From Mobula hypostoma (Eukaryota): 64,000 bases of DNA. The translations under genes and the position numbers were made by a program. Where the stretch lies: assembly GCF_963921235.1 (NCBI RefSeq), contig NC_086108.1, forward strand, positions 81,470,001-81,534,000. Direction: 5' to 3'. The notes beneath the pieces were generated by a model. That model ran no database searches. It was not told where the DNA came from and was given only the letters and a program-made list of their open reading frames with translations. Below are positions 50,181 through 62,834 of this stretch, one piece after another. The first letter of the stretch is position 1. Each line of letters opens with the position of its first letter.

Positions 50181-50884
50181 TGGCAGAAAAGCAATGGGTC
50201 AGAAATACCTTTTTCCATATTGTAAACTCGGAGTATAACAGGGTTAACTTCCTCTCCTTTCTGAACAAATTCAGTTGCAAAATAAATTTTTCATTCACGC
50301 TGCCTCTTTCCTCTTCTGTATTGGACAGAATTCAAGACACATTTGTTGTATGAACAGTAGTGCTTTATTTAAGCACATTGCAAGCATGTTATTCACTTGG
50401 ATGAAATGCATGCTTACAATAAATGAAGGAAACAATATGGAGACCTTTTAACATTCTCAAATATGCTTCTCTTCAGATCTTTGGGACACATAAAAATGCA
50501 AGCTGGTAAAAGTGCTTCATGTTGCTGGTATTTTATGAAGACCCAATGTAGAGAATGCCGAATGAAAGCATTTACTACAACTCAAAACTATTAAAAAGAA
50601 ACTAAGGAGATTCAGATGACATTTAGTTTCTATTGTCTATGGTTGTTTGTCATGCAGACGACCAGAGTATGTACTTGAAGCATTTAAACATACACAGATA
50701 ATTGTCTGAAATTACATTGGTGGATGAATTGCCAGATCGGTTCTAACCAGAACCAATCAGTGACTTCTAACTGGCCAAAGAGCCTGCCAGCATAGGTTCC
50801 TGAAACAGGATGATTAAGAGCTTGAGTATCATTTTAAGTCCCTGATGGTAATGTGCCTTCCACCCTTTAAGCAGCTCCTAGAGC

Positions 50885-51090
50885 CTAAACTGAAAACAAA
50901 GTATACTGGAAGCACTCTGCCAGTTGGGCAACATCTATAAAAAGGGGAACAGAATTAACATTTAATGTCCGAGACTCCACATCAGAACACTCTTTGAAAT
51001 GAAAAGTTAGTGACGTTTCCCTTTGCACAGATTATGCTTGACCACATACTGCATCTTCTTTTACTTCAGATGTCCAGCATCTAGTTTCTG
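50885..51090. mobile_element. Degenerate Penelope-derived palindromic unit
   Basis: ggcaacatctat...aattaacatttaatgtccgagactccacatcagaac...gaaaagttagtg...ccagcatct. Confidence 0.5.
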
Positions 51091-52384
51091 ATTTTGATTT
51101 TGATTTTTGTACTACAGGCTAACCAGGACCTCTTCAAGAGCCATCTGGAGACCATTAACAAAAGACAAAAAAAAAATGTTTTTTCTTAATAATGCTGTAA
51201 CTTGTTAACCTTTTCCACTTTACCTCAACCACTCAGGACTTGCCTGAAGACTATCTTGGCTAAAATCCACTGGAATGTTCTGTAGAACAATGTGATTTGC
51301 TTATGAATTCAAAGACAGTGCAGAGGGTTGTTGACAGGTCAGTGAGCAGGTAAGCAGATGTTGTATAATGTGGGAAATTTGGGGGAATGCAAATTTTGAA
51401 ACACTGATGGGAAAATTAGTTTACATTAAGTGTCTATTGTTAGTCATTTATTCAAAACAAGCCTTTGACCTTCTACTACATCCATCAACCCACCGTTCTC
51501 AATCCTAATTACCTCAGCCATGACTTCAGAATGTTTAATTCTGTATTATCTCAGCACTTCCCAAAATCCCTATCTCCTAATTGTCTGGGCCAATAGATGT
51601 CCTAATTACCTAATCTAATCTAATCCCATCCCCCAAATCTCCTGACCCTCCAATAGTCTAATTCTGAAGTCTTGATTTCGCAAGGCTTGAATCTCTATTA
51701 TACTAGCCATGTCCAGCCAGAACCAACACACTTCTCTAGAGGCCCTAACTCTTTGATTCTTCCTAAATACCACCTACTGTGCAAGGTCCTAGTTCAATTT
51801 ATGTCCCATGGTGATCTACAATTTCCCATAGTGTTTAAGTACCAAGAGGCTAGTAAATATTGAGGGATTTGGGAATGCTGGTGCAAGAAAGTTTAACATT
51901 GAAGTACAAAATAATCTGGAAAGCAAATGATTATGTTACTGTCCTGTTACGGTATCAAAGCAAGTAGGTCCTGTCACAACTATCTATGGCTTTGGCAAGA
52001 GCACATTTTGGCTAATGTATAGAGTTTTGGTATCCTTGCCCACAAAAGGATATACTTGTCTCTGAGAGGATGAAAAAAAAGCTTTAAATTAATTTATGGA
52101 ATATTAAGAGAAAGATAGAATGGTTTTATTTTCTCTGGTGTCTTGAAAGATGAAAGGTTGGAACCTGTCACATTCTTACTAACTTTCACTGGTCAGATGC
52201 AGAGGGGTGGTTTCTCAAACTGTGTTCTCAAGATAATGAGTATGTCAATTGGGATTGAGATGGAGAGAAAGCTCTTGAGTCAGAGAGTTGTAAAATTTTG
52301 GAAATGTGTGACTCCACTCCATGGGAAATGTACAATGGGCATTAATATGTGAAACCTTCATCATATATCACGTGCCCACTCACC

Positions 52385-53170
52385 TTTAACAATGTCCTTG
52401 TCGACGCTCACCGAATGTTATCAATGCAACGTGGAAAGCATCCTACTTGGATGCATGTCAGCTTGGTATGATGACTACTCTGCACGCAACCACAAGAAAT
52501 GGCAGAGAGTTGTGGACATGGCTCAGCACATCACAGAAACTAGCCTCCTCTCTCTCCACACATTATGGAAATCAGCTTCCTCTCTGTGGATTTTGCCTAT
52601 ACTTCTCGTTGCTTCAGTAAAGCAGCCAGCATAATCAAAGACCCCACCCATCCCAGGCATTCTCGCTTCCCTCTTCCATTAGGGAGACGATATAAAAACG
52701 AGGAAGTCTGCAGATGTTGGAATTCCACAAAGTGCTGGAGGAACTCAGCAGGCTCCAGCAAGTCAGGCAGCGTCTATGGAGATGAATAAACAGCTGACTT
52801 TTCTGGCCAAGATCGTTCCAAAGGGTCAACTACCTATTCATTTCCATAGATGCTGCCTGAGCTGCTGAGTTCCTCTAGCATTTTGTGTGTCTGTTACAGA
52901 AGGTATAAGAGCCCAACATCTTGTACCACCAGGCTCAAGCAGTTTTTACCCAGCTATTAGAAGATTAGTAAATAGTTCCCTACTGAGATAAGGTGGACTC
53001 TTGACTTCACAGCCTACTTTATTATGAGCTTGCACTTACTGTTTACTTGCTCTGTACTTACTCCACAGCTGTAAACTTTCTGTGTAATGATCTGACCTGT
53101 GCAAACAGTATACAAGCCAAGCGTTTCACTGTACCTCTGTACATGTGACAATAATAAACCAATTCCAGTT
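52385..53170 (+). mobile_element. Rex1/Babar 3' fragment with Penelope-derived palindrome inserted (~52703-52895)
   Basis: TECYQCNVESILLGC, KAASIIKDPTHP; insert has inverted arms tgctggaggaactcagcag / ctgctgagttcctctagca. Confidence 0.8.
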
Positions 53171-53687
53171 ATGTCGATGGGCCTTTTGAGTGTTTCAACT
53201 CCACAATAGCCTGAACTAAGACTTGGAATTAGCAACAATTATTCCATTCTGATGGGACCCCCACAGTGCCTAGTGGCTCCTCTGGTGCTATATAAGAATC
53301 TCCACTGTTTAACACAGTTTTGCTGATAAATTGCGATGCCAAAGCAATTGCTACCATGTCTCCTAGGCAATGAAGAGCTGAAAAGGAGGTAAAAAACCTC
53401 ACAAGAAAATTGAAAAAACAAATGCAACACTAAATGTTTAACTGTACTTCCACTTGCAACACAGCATCTAACAATCCTAGATAGTCTGCTCCTTGCTAGC
53501 ACTGCTGGCATCCAATTAACATTACAAGGACCTCATTTAAATGCCAAAACTGGCAGCCTGACATCTACTTCAAATTCAAACAGAAGGTGAAGCCCCATAG
53601 AAAGATATGGTCCAAATGTGGGAAAAAAGGATAAAAAATTCAGTATGGATGCGATGAACTCAAAGGCCTGTTTCAGTGCTGTACAAC

Positions 53688-56578
53688 AGGTGACAGAGAA
53701 GGGATGCGCTCAGACCGATGGTTTGAGATGTGCCTATTTTAATCCAAGAAGCATCATGAACAAAGCGGATGAGTTTAGAGCGTGGATCAGTACTTGGAGC
53801 AATGATGTTCCGGCCATTACAGAGACCTGGATGGCTCAGGGGCAGGAATGATTACTTAGAGTGCCAGGCTTTAGATGTTTCAGAAAGGACAGGGAGGGAG
53901 GCAAAAGAGGTGGGGCGTGACACTGCTGATCAGAGATAGTGTCACGGCTGCAGAAAAGGAGTAAGTCATAGAGGGATTGTCTACTGAGTCTCTGTGGGTG
54001 GAAGTTAGAAACAGGAAGGGGTCAATAACTACTGGGTGTTTTTTATAGACCACCCAATAGTAACAGGGACATCAAGGAGCAGATAGGGAGACAGATTCTG
54101 GAAAGGTGTAATAATAACAGGGTTATCATAGTGGAAGATTTTAATTTCCCAAATATTGATTGCATCCCCCTAGAGCAAGGGGTTTAGATGGGGTGGAGAT
54201 TATTAGGTGTGTTCAGGAAGGTTTCCTGACACAGTATGTAGATAAGCCAACAAGAGGAGAGGCTGTACTTGATCTGGTATTGGGAAATGAACCTGGTCAG
54301 ATGTCAGTGAGAGAGCATTTTGGAGATAGTGATTACAATTCTATCTCCTTTACCATCGCACTGGAGAGCGATAGGGACAGACAAGATAGGAAAGTGTTTA
54401 ATTGTAGTAAGGGGAAATATGAAGCTATCAGGCAGGAACTTGGAAGCATAAATTGGGAACAGATGTTCTCAGGGAAATGTACAGCAGAAATGTGGCAAAT
54501 GTGCAGGGGATATTTGAGTGGTGTTCTGCATAGGTACGTTCCAATGAGACACGGAAAGGATAGTAGGGTGCAGGAACCATGGAGTACAAAGGCTGTTGAA
54601 AACCTAGTCAAGAAGAAAAGCAAAGCTTACAAAAGGTTCAAAAAACTAGGTAATGATAGAGATCTAGAAAATTATAAGGCTAGCAGGAAGGAGCTTAAGA
54701 ATGAAATTAGGAGAGCCAGAAGGGGCCATGAGAAGGCCTTGGCGAGCAGGATTAAAGAAAACCCCAAGGCATTCTACACGTATGTGAAGAGCAAAAGGAT
54801 AAGACATGAGAGAATAGGACCAATCAAGTATGACAGTGGAAAAGTGTCTATGGAACCAGAGGAGATAGCAGAGGTACTTAATGAATACCTTGCTTCAGCA
54901 TTCACTACGGAAAAAGATCTTGGCAATTGTAGGGATGACTTACAGTGGACTGAAAAGTTTGAGCATATAGACATTAAGAAAGAGGAGGCGCTTGAGCTTT
55001 TGAAAAGCATCAAGTTGGATAAGTACCTGGGATCGGACAAGATGTACCCCAGGCTACTGTGGGAGGCGAGGGAGGAGATTGCTGGGCCTCTGGCGATGAT
55101 CTTTGCATCATCAATGGGGACAGGAGAGGATCCGGAGGATTGGAAGGTTGCAGATGTTGTTCCCTTATTCAAAAAAGGGATTAGAGATAGCCCAGGAAAT
55201 TATAGACCAGTGAGTCTTACTTCAGTGGTTGGTAAGTTGATGGAAAAGATCCTGAGAGGCAGGATTTATGAACATTTGGAGAGGCATAATATGATTAGGA
55301 ATAATCAGCATGGCTTTGTCAAAGGCAGGTCGTGCCTTACGAGCTTGATTGAATTTTTTGCGGATATGACTAAACATCTGATGAAGGCAGAGCAATAGAT
55401 GTAGTGTATATGGATTTCGGCAAGGCATTTGATAAGCTACCCCATGCAAGGCTTATTGAGAAAATAAGGAGGCATGGGATCCAAGGGGACTTTGCTTTGT
55501 GGATCCAGAGCTGGCTTGCCCACAGAAGGCAAAGAGTGGTTGTAGACAGGTCATATTCTGCATGGAGGTCGGTCACCAGTAGTGTCCCTCAGGGATCTGT
55601 TCTGGGACCCCTTCTCTTCATTATTTTTATAAATGACCTGGATAAGGAAGTGGAGGGATGGGTTAGTAAATTTGCTGATGACACAAAGGTTGGGGGTGTT
55701 GTGGATAGTGTGGAGGGCTATCAGAGGTTACAGCAGGACATCGATAGGATGCAAAACTGAGCTGAGAAGTGGCAGATGGAGTTTAAACCAGATAAGTGTG
55801 AAGTGGTTCATTTTGGTAGGTCAAATATGATGGCAGAATATAGTATTAGAGGTAAGATGCTTGGCTGTGTGGAGGATCAGAGGGATCTTGGGGTCCAAGT
55901 CCATAGGATGCTCAAAGCTGCTGCGCAGTTAACTCTGTGGTTAAGAAGGCATACGGTGTATTGGCCTTCATCAATTGTGAGATTGTGTTTAAGAGCCGAG
56001 AGGTAATGTTGCAAATATATAGGACCCTGGTCAGACCCCACTTGTAGTACTGTGCTTAGTTCAGGTCGCCTCTCTACAGGAAGGATGTGGAAGCCATAGA
56101 AAGGGTGCAGAGGAGATTTACAAGGATGTTGCCTGGATTGGGGAGCATGCCTTATGAGAATAGGTTGAGAGAACTCGGCCTTTTCTCCTTGGAGCGGCGG
56201 AGGATGAGAGGTGACCTGATAGAGGTGTATAAGATGATGAGAGGCATTGATTGTGTGTATAGTCAGAGGCTTTTTCCCAGGGCTGAAATGGCTAATAGGA
56301 GCGGGCACAGTTTTAAGGTGCTTGGAAGTAGGTACAGAGGAGATGTCAGGGGTAAGTTTTTTACGCAGGGAGTGGTAAGTGCGTGGAATGGGCTGCTTGT
56401 GACGGTGGTGGAGGTGGATATGATAGGGTCTTTTAAGAGACTCCTGGTTAGGTACATGGAGCTTAGAAAAATAGAGGGTTATGAGTAACCCTAGGTCATT
56501 TCTGAAGTACGTACACGTTTGGCACAGCTTTGTGGGCTGAAGGGCCTGTATTGTGCTGTAGGTTTTTCTATGTTTCTA
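53688..56578 (+). mobile_element. CR1 LINE with nearly complete ORF2 (APE endonuclease plus RT), frameshifted
   Basis: CAYFNPRSI, AITETW, YRPPN, DFNFP, LDLVL, GDSD, NYRPVSLTSVVGK, KFADDTK, tttctatgtttcta tail. Confidence 0.95.
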
Positions 56579-56659
56579 ACCATATACAAGAGGAAATCAG
56601 GCACATCCATCATTTTACTAATGAGCTGCTGCACACGTTGATAGTGCTGTTCGGATGGT

Positions 56660-57278
56660 GTACGGTGCGTTGGCCTTTATCAGTCAGGGACCTAAGTTCA
56701 AGAACTGAGAAGTAATGTTGCAGCTTTGTAACACTCTGGTTAGACCACTCTTGGAATATTCAGTTCTGGTCACCTCATTATAGGAAGGACGTGGAAGCAT
56801 TGGAGAGGGTGCAAAAGAGATTTACCAGGATGCTGCCTGGACTAGAGAGCATGTCTAATGAGGATAGGTTGGGTGAGCTGGGACTTCTCTCCATGGAGCG
56901 AAGGATAAATAAGAGGTGACTTGATAGAGAGGTACAAGATAACAAGAAGCATAGATCTAGTGGACAGCCAGAGACTTTTTCCCAAGGTGGAAATAGTTAA
57001 CACGAGAGGACATAATTTTAAGGTAATTGGAGGGAATTCTCAGGGGAATCCTTTTACATACAGATTAGTGGGTGTATGAAACACCCTGCCAGGGGTGGTG
57101 GTAGAGGCAGATATATTTATGGGGGACTCATGAAACTCTTAGACAGGAACATGGATGATAGAAAAATGGAGGGTTATGCAGGAAGGAAGGGTTAGATTGA
57201 ATTTAGAGTAAGTTAAGAGATTGGCACAACACCGTAAGCTGAAAGGCCTGTACTGTGCAGTAATGTTCTGTGTTCTAT
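56660..57278 (+). mobile_element. CR1 3' fragment
   Basis: ggttagacca...cagttctggtcacctcattataggaagg, 3' UTR, tgttctgtgttcta tail. Confidence 0.88.
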
Positions 57279-57377
57279 AGATGTAATTAGTTAGAAACTC
57301 CACTCTATGTAAACAGCAGATGTCCACACCCAAGTGGCAATAGTGCTAGATGTTTAAAACTGTGTCATTGAACACTA

Positions 57378-58043
57378 AACGGAGGAGGAGAAGATGGCGG
57401 TGCAATGCAGCGCACGCGGCCACTCTGGTGAATGATATCTGTAATCTGTCAAGTAGGGTACCGTGCACAATTCTGATTTGATGGAGACAGATGTGAGAGC
57501 ACGGAAGAACATCTGGAGAAACTTCTGAAATGCCTTTTTCGCTGCCGCTGCTACTGTGTGATCCAGAATCTCCGGAGGGGAAGGCCCTGAATCCTCGGCT
57601 TTGCTTGTTTTGGCGGCCGGGGTGAGGTCGAATGCGCTTGGCAGAGGATGGTGCTCGGGAGGCTTTATCGGAGGGGCTGGTCGGAGGCTCGAAGTTTTCG
57701 GCTGTTGTCGGGTGCTTCCAATGCGTCGGCAGTTGTCGGTGCCTGGAGGTTTATGGCAGGAAGTTTCTCCCTTTTGCCGCCTGCTATCAGGGACACGAGA
57801 GTTGATCAGGACTTTGAGACTTTTTTTAACAGTGCCCATGGTCTGCTCTTCATCAAATTATGGTATTGTTTTGCACTGCTGTAACTATATGTTATAATTA
57901 TGTGATTTTGCCAGTGTTAGTCTTTGGTTTGTCCTGTTTTTCTGTGATATCACTCTGGAGGAACATTGTATCATTTCTTAATGCATGCATGCATTTCTAA
58001 ATGACAATAAACGAGGACTGAGTGTTCTCATAATCTAATCTAA
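57378..58043 (+). mobile_element. Non-autonomous non-LTR element, family uncertain
   Basis: CpG-rich start aagatggcgg, no credible ORF, ends with aataaa and (taatc)n tail. Confidence 0.55.
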
Positions 58044-58324
58044 ATGTGTGATCCACAAATGTAAGAATGAAAAGCTGCTGCATGGTTTGTTCTATTAAGT
58101 ATTTTTTTAAAATGAATAAAGTTTATTTTGGTTAAAAAAAACAGCAGATATTCACAAAAGCAGACAGTGAGTGGTGATTTGCATTGCTTATTCAGAAGGA
58201 AAAAAATCAACCTGCAAATTCAAACACTTGAGGTACAAAACCCTGAAAATCAGAGAGATGTTGTTTTATGATGCAGAAGAAAGAAAAGGTTACATTTCTC
58301 ACCTTTCATGGTCTCAGGTTACTT

Positions 58325-58625
58325 ATGCTGTTGAAGAGCAGTTACAGATTTAATGTGAGAAACACAGCTGCTAATATTCACACAGCAGGATCCCACAGGT
58401 ATTGTAATAACGGCAAAATAATTTATTTTCAGGTCTGCGATGTAAAAGTATTGATCAAGGAGAAATCTGCATTTGTTTAAATAGTGCTGTGAAGTTTTTA
58501 CATCCAGTTGACGCCTCTAAGATTTTGACTCTCCCTCAGTATTACAGTGGAGGGGAGAAAAAGCTTGTCTACACGTTTGGACTGAGATTGAACATAAAGC
58601 ATTCTGTCTCTGGCATCTGTAGGTA
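58325..58625 (-). mobile_element. Ancient Deu-domain SINE, degenerate
   Basis: cacacagcaggatcccaca, aaatagtgctgtgaagtttttacatccag, actctccctcagtattacagtgga match the reverse Deu-domain blocks as recalled. Confidence 0.6.
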
Positions 58626-58859
58626 GTGAAAGGGAAAACTGAACAGCCTCACAAAAATTACCACACAAAGCATCTTGGCACTCTCCAGAGTGATCCCTAG
58701 AGTATGCTAATTGGAATACCATTTTTCAAACAACGCAGCACAAACCCTGAGCATTCCACTGTGAATTATTAATTATATTTATGGACATGGAATCCGAAAA
58801 CACGTGTGAGATCCCATTTAGAAAATGTAAGCACTCAACCACCTGTTTCAGCAATGTAC

Positions 58860-59225
58860 ACATTCCAGAACTGCACTGCCAGAAACAGGACTTTTCAACC
58901 CATAGTATCCATACCCACCATGGTGCTAATTTCTACTAATCTTATTTACCTGCATTAGGCTCATATCCCTCTGCATCTTTCACAGATTCATGGAACGTTA
59001 CAGCACAGAAACAGGCCCTTCAGCCCATCTAGTTCATGTTGAACTTTTCCGTGTACCTGTTCAAGTAAACTTTGCACCGTATCTGCTTCAACCATCTCAT
59101 CTGGCACCCTGTTACAGATAAAACCCACCATCCTCTGTGTGAAAAGGACATCCCTCAGATCTTTAAATTTCTCCCCTCTCACTTATGTATGAGCTCTCCA
59201 GTAGTAGACTACCCTGTTCTAGAAA
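58860..59225 (-). mobile_element. CR1 3' fragments
   Basis: Minus ORF RGEKFKDLRDVLFTQRMVG...VEADTV and tail remnants. Confidence 0.7.
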
Positions 59226-59288
59226 AGACACTGCTGATCATTGAATCATAGAGCGAAGCAGGACAGATACAAATCCTTAGGTCTAATG

Positions 59289-60415
59289 CAGGGTTTCTCA
59301 ACCTGGGTTCCATGAGATATTGTGATCTAAAAAAAATAAACATTGTTTTTTTGAATTTCGTGCACTGCACAATGCTAAAACTTGTAGTGGTGGGCAGTGT
59401 CCAAAGAGTCCTGATGGAAACTCATTAGAGGTCTCTCAGCCCAGTATGACAGTGCAGAGTATGACCGTGTTTATTAGGTTAAATCCAATCTCAGTTGTTG
59501 ATGTGAGATAGGGGAGGCCATTGATAATTGGTGAGTGCTGTATTGGACAGAGGGAAGGACCGTAGGTTGATGAGTGTGAAGTGTGTTTTCTGAACATTGA
59601 ATGGACTTGCCCATCTTGGGCTGTGATCTCAGCCTCTCCCTCCTGAAGTACCTCCCCCAACTTCACCTTACATGCTGCTGATTGACTTATGGGAGGAACA
59701 AACTAGAAAATTGGAGGGAAATTTTCATTCTAGAGAAGGCATTTTTATGCGCCACAACTCAGCTGCTGGCCTGCCACTTCGTTATAAACATTGCAACAGT
59801 TGGATTGTGTAGATTAGAAGTGAATTGTATTGTGAAGTTTTCATATTTTTTGCTGTTTTCTCACCTATTATTCATTATGCCATTCTGTGTTGCATTTTAT
59901 TCACCCCAGTTAACACAGTGTCCTCCCTTACAACACAAGTGTATGACTGAGTGAGGAACCCTTTATCTGAATCTAGTGTTCAGCCTGAGAACTTTACTTT
60001 GAGAGAAGAGGAAGAAGTTTGTAAGCTGGATTCTGATCATGCACCCAGGATGAGATTTACTGACCTGCCCCTGGACAAGTTCGGGATTTCTCCGAATGAG
60101 GAGTATCCTGCCATTCATAGGAAAGCAACGAACATTTTGCTGTAGTTTTCAACTTCTTACATGTGTGAGCAAGCTTTTTCTTGTTTAACAAGCATCAAGC
60201 ACAAGGATAGAAGTAACTTCATTTCAGTTGAAGGTGAAATCCGTGTGTCCTTATCTCAGGTTCAACCCAGAATTGAGTATTTGTGCAGCAAAAAACAAGC
60301 ACAGGTTTCACATACTAGTCCTATATTTGAGCCTGATCATGTCACACAGTAAGAAAATGTTTTTTCAAAGTCTTGTATAAAATTGTGTCTTAGGCTACAT
60401 TGCTTTAGCACAATT
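59289..60415 (+). mobile_element. hAT Charlie/Buster-type DNA transposon remnant
   Basis: TIR-like CAGGGTTTCTCAACCT at 59289 after GTCTAATG; transposase dimerisation domain EEYPAIHRKATNILL*FSTSYMCEQAFSCLTSIK...KQAQVSH at ~59951-60313; right TIR not seen. Confidence 0.85.
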
Positions 60416-60419
60416 GAAG

Positions 60420-61925
60420 TTCCGTCACCATGGCCAGAAGAGAGGAAGGAGGGGAGGACTCCAAGTCGGACTAAAATGGTAAGGAGTAAAACTTCCTCTA
60501 CCCAGCATCTTGTTAGCAAATGTAAAGTCACTGGAGAACAAGATTGAGGATCTAAGGGTAAGATTTCTGGATTAGAGGGAAATGAAAATTTGCTGTGTTC
60601 TTTGTTTCACGGAGATGTGGCTCACTCCGGACAAGCAATATATGGCAATCTGACCCAATGGCTTCTGGATCCACTGGATGGACCAAAATGCTGAATCAAA
60701 GAGGGCAAAAGGTGGGGGTGGGGTGTTGGTCTGTGTTTCATGATAATCTCTTCGTGGTGCTTGGATGTAGTGGTCTTGTCGAACCTGCTCTCCCAACCTG
60801 GAACATCTAATGATTAAGTGCCATTCATTCTGCTGATCAAGAATTCTCCTCCGTGACCCTGTTTATATACTACCGTAAGCAAATGTCAAGCAAGCACTCA
60901 ATGTATTGAGTGCTGCAGTTAGCAATTAAGAAATAACGTTCATCAACGCCTTTCAAATCATTGCTGGGAACCAATCAAGTTTGCTAGAAGAAATCTCTGC
61001 CCAACTATCATCAACATATCATCGGCAGCACCAGCGGTCCCAGTCCTCCCACCTGCATACAGGCAGAGGTTGAAGAGCGAGCCTCCAGAAGAAAGGACAA
61101 CATGGAGGTGGTTGTGAGAGGTTCAGGAGCAGCTGTGGGATTATTTCAATTCTGTGGACTGGGCCACGTTCAAGAACTCATCAGAGGACCTGAGTGAATA
61201 ATCACGGTTGTCACTCACTTTATAAAGTCAATCGTGGGGAAGTGTGCCTCCACAAAATTATTCAGTCTTCCCCAACCAGGATCCCTGGATGAATACAGTG
61301 ATCCACAGTCTGCTAAGTAGCAGTTCAGTGGTGTTCAAATCTGGCAACCAAGTAAAATACAAGAGGTCCAAGTATGACCTCCAGAAAGCTGTATCACATG
61401 TGAAGTGGCAACTCCAGACCAAATCTGAATCACAGAAGGATGCTCAGCAGCTGTGGCAAGGTTTGAATGCCGTCACTTCCTATAAAGCTAAACCAAGTGA
61501 CATATGCGACAACAGGGTTTCACTCCCCCAGATGAGCTCAATGCCTTTTCTGCTCACTTTAACCATCAAAACATGGAGGAACTTTCATAAACTCCGACAG
61601 CCGACTGTGACCCTGTGATTCCAGTCTCTGAGGCCAATGTGAAAGTGTGAACCCATGGGAAGCATCTTGCCCAGATGGGATACCCGGCTGAGTACTACTG
61701 ACCTGTACTGACCAACTGGCAGGAGTGTTAACCAGCAACTTTAACCTCTTGCTTCAGCAGTCTGCGGTACCCAGCTGCTCAAGCACACTTCATTTATACC
61801 GGTGCCTCAGAAGAACATGGTAATCTGCCTCAATGACTATTGTCCAGTAGCACTTACATCCGCAGTGATGAAATGCTTTGAGAGGTTGGTGATAAAACAT
61901 ACCAACTCCTGCCTGAGAAGTGATA
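60420..61925 (+). mobile_element. Rex1/Babar LINE 5' part (endonuclease and RT start), degenerate
   Basis: LENKIEDL, CFTE.W, FPNQDPWMN, CLNDYCPVALTSAVMKCFERLV. Confidence 0.85.
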
Positions 61926-62834
61926 AGATGCTGAAATGTGATGTCAGTGAAAACAAAGAAAGGCAAATTCATTCATTGTCTTCTAATAGTAACTAGTTAA
62001 GTGCTTAGAAGAAAAAGCAACTGCAGGAATGTGGAGTGAGTGTGCTGGTGTAACTGTGTTGCACTTACTTGGAGCCTGTAGGGACCAGAGTAGCCGAATG
62101 GCTCCTTCCATGCTGTGAGAATTTCCTGTGATTTTACGTAAAATTCCTCCTGAATTCTAAATATCTATTTTTCTCTATTCTTCCTACAAAATATATTTAC
62201 GCTTCCCTTTATTTTGCACTTTCTACCTGCAACCTTTCGGTTCACTTGCTTAACCTTGTCATCTCAGGAGCTACTCTACATACAATCAACAGATCTTTAA
62301 TCTCCAGGTGATACTAATTCATTCAGTTCACTCCAAAAAGGCAATACTTTTCTTAGTTTATCATCTGCTGATGATATTTGCTCGTGCTTGCTCTCTCGCT
62401 CTCTAGTTTAATATTTGAAGGTATTTTCTTCGACGGGTAGTTTCTCTGAGTTCAGCCTGAACTCCACTAGGTAGGGAAAAACAGTTAAGATTTACATTGA
62501 AGTACAGTGTCTCAACTTGCAAGATGACCTATCTCTTCCTCTGAGCCCTCTTTACTTATAGTCCAAAAATCGCACCACTGCCAGTTTGATTGACACAATC
62601 CTTCCTTTTGTCTGTACCCTCTCTTTTCTGTTTGCTGGATAAAGTAAAGTTTGATGTTCTTTGACAGAGAAAAGTTTTGAGTGTCTCAGCAGTCTAAAAC
62701 ATATTAACGATAATTTCCCCTGATATTCACACCCGTGAATGCCTGTTAGGGACAAAGCGAGACAGAGCTGAAGTTATCTTGATGCATTGGCTTCTTACTT
62801 TGTTGACATTATCATATACTGTAGCAGGGGTCCA

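Noticed and set aside
53377..53398. 22-nt micro-exon (cctag...GAG/gtaaaa)
   Set aside because: Weak pyrimidine tract and donor, not frame-preserving.
59951..60352. Domesticated ZBED/SCAND3-like gene exon
   Set aside because: In-frame stop, most of the transposase is missing, and a TIR lies upstream, so this is a transposon relic.
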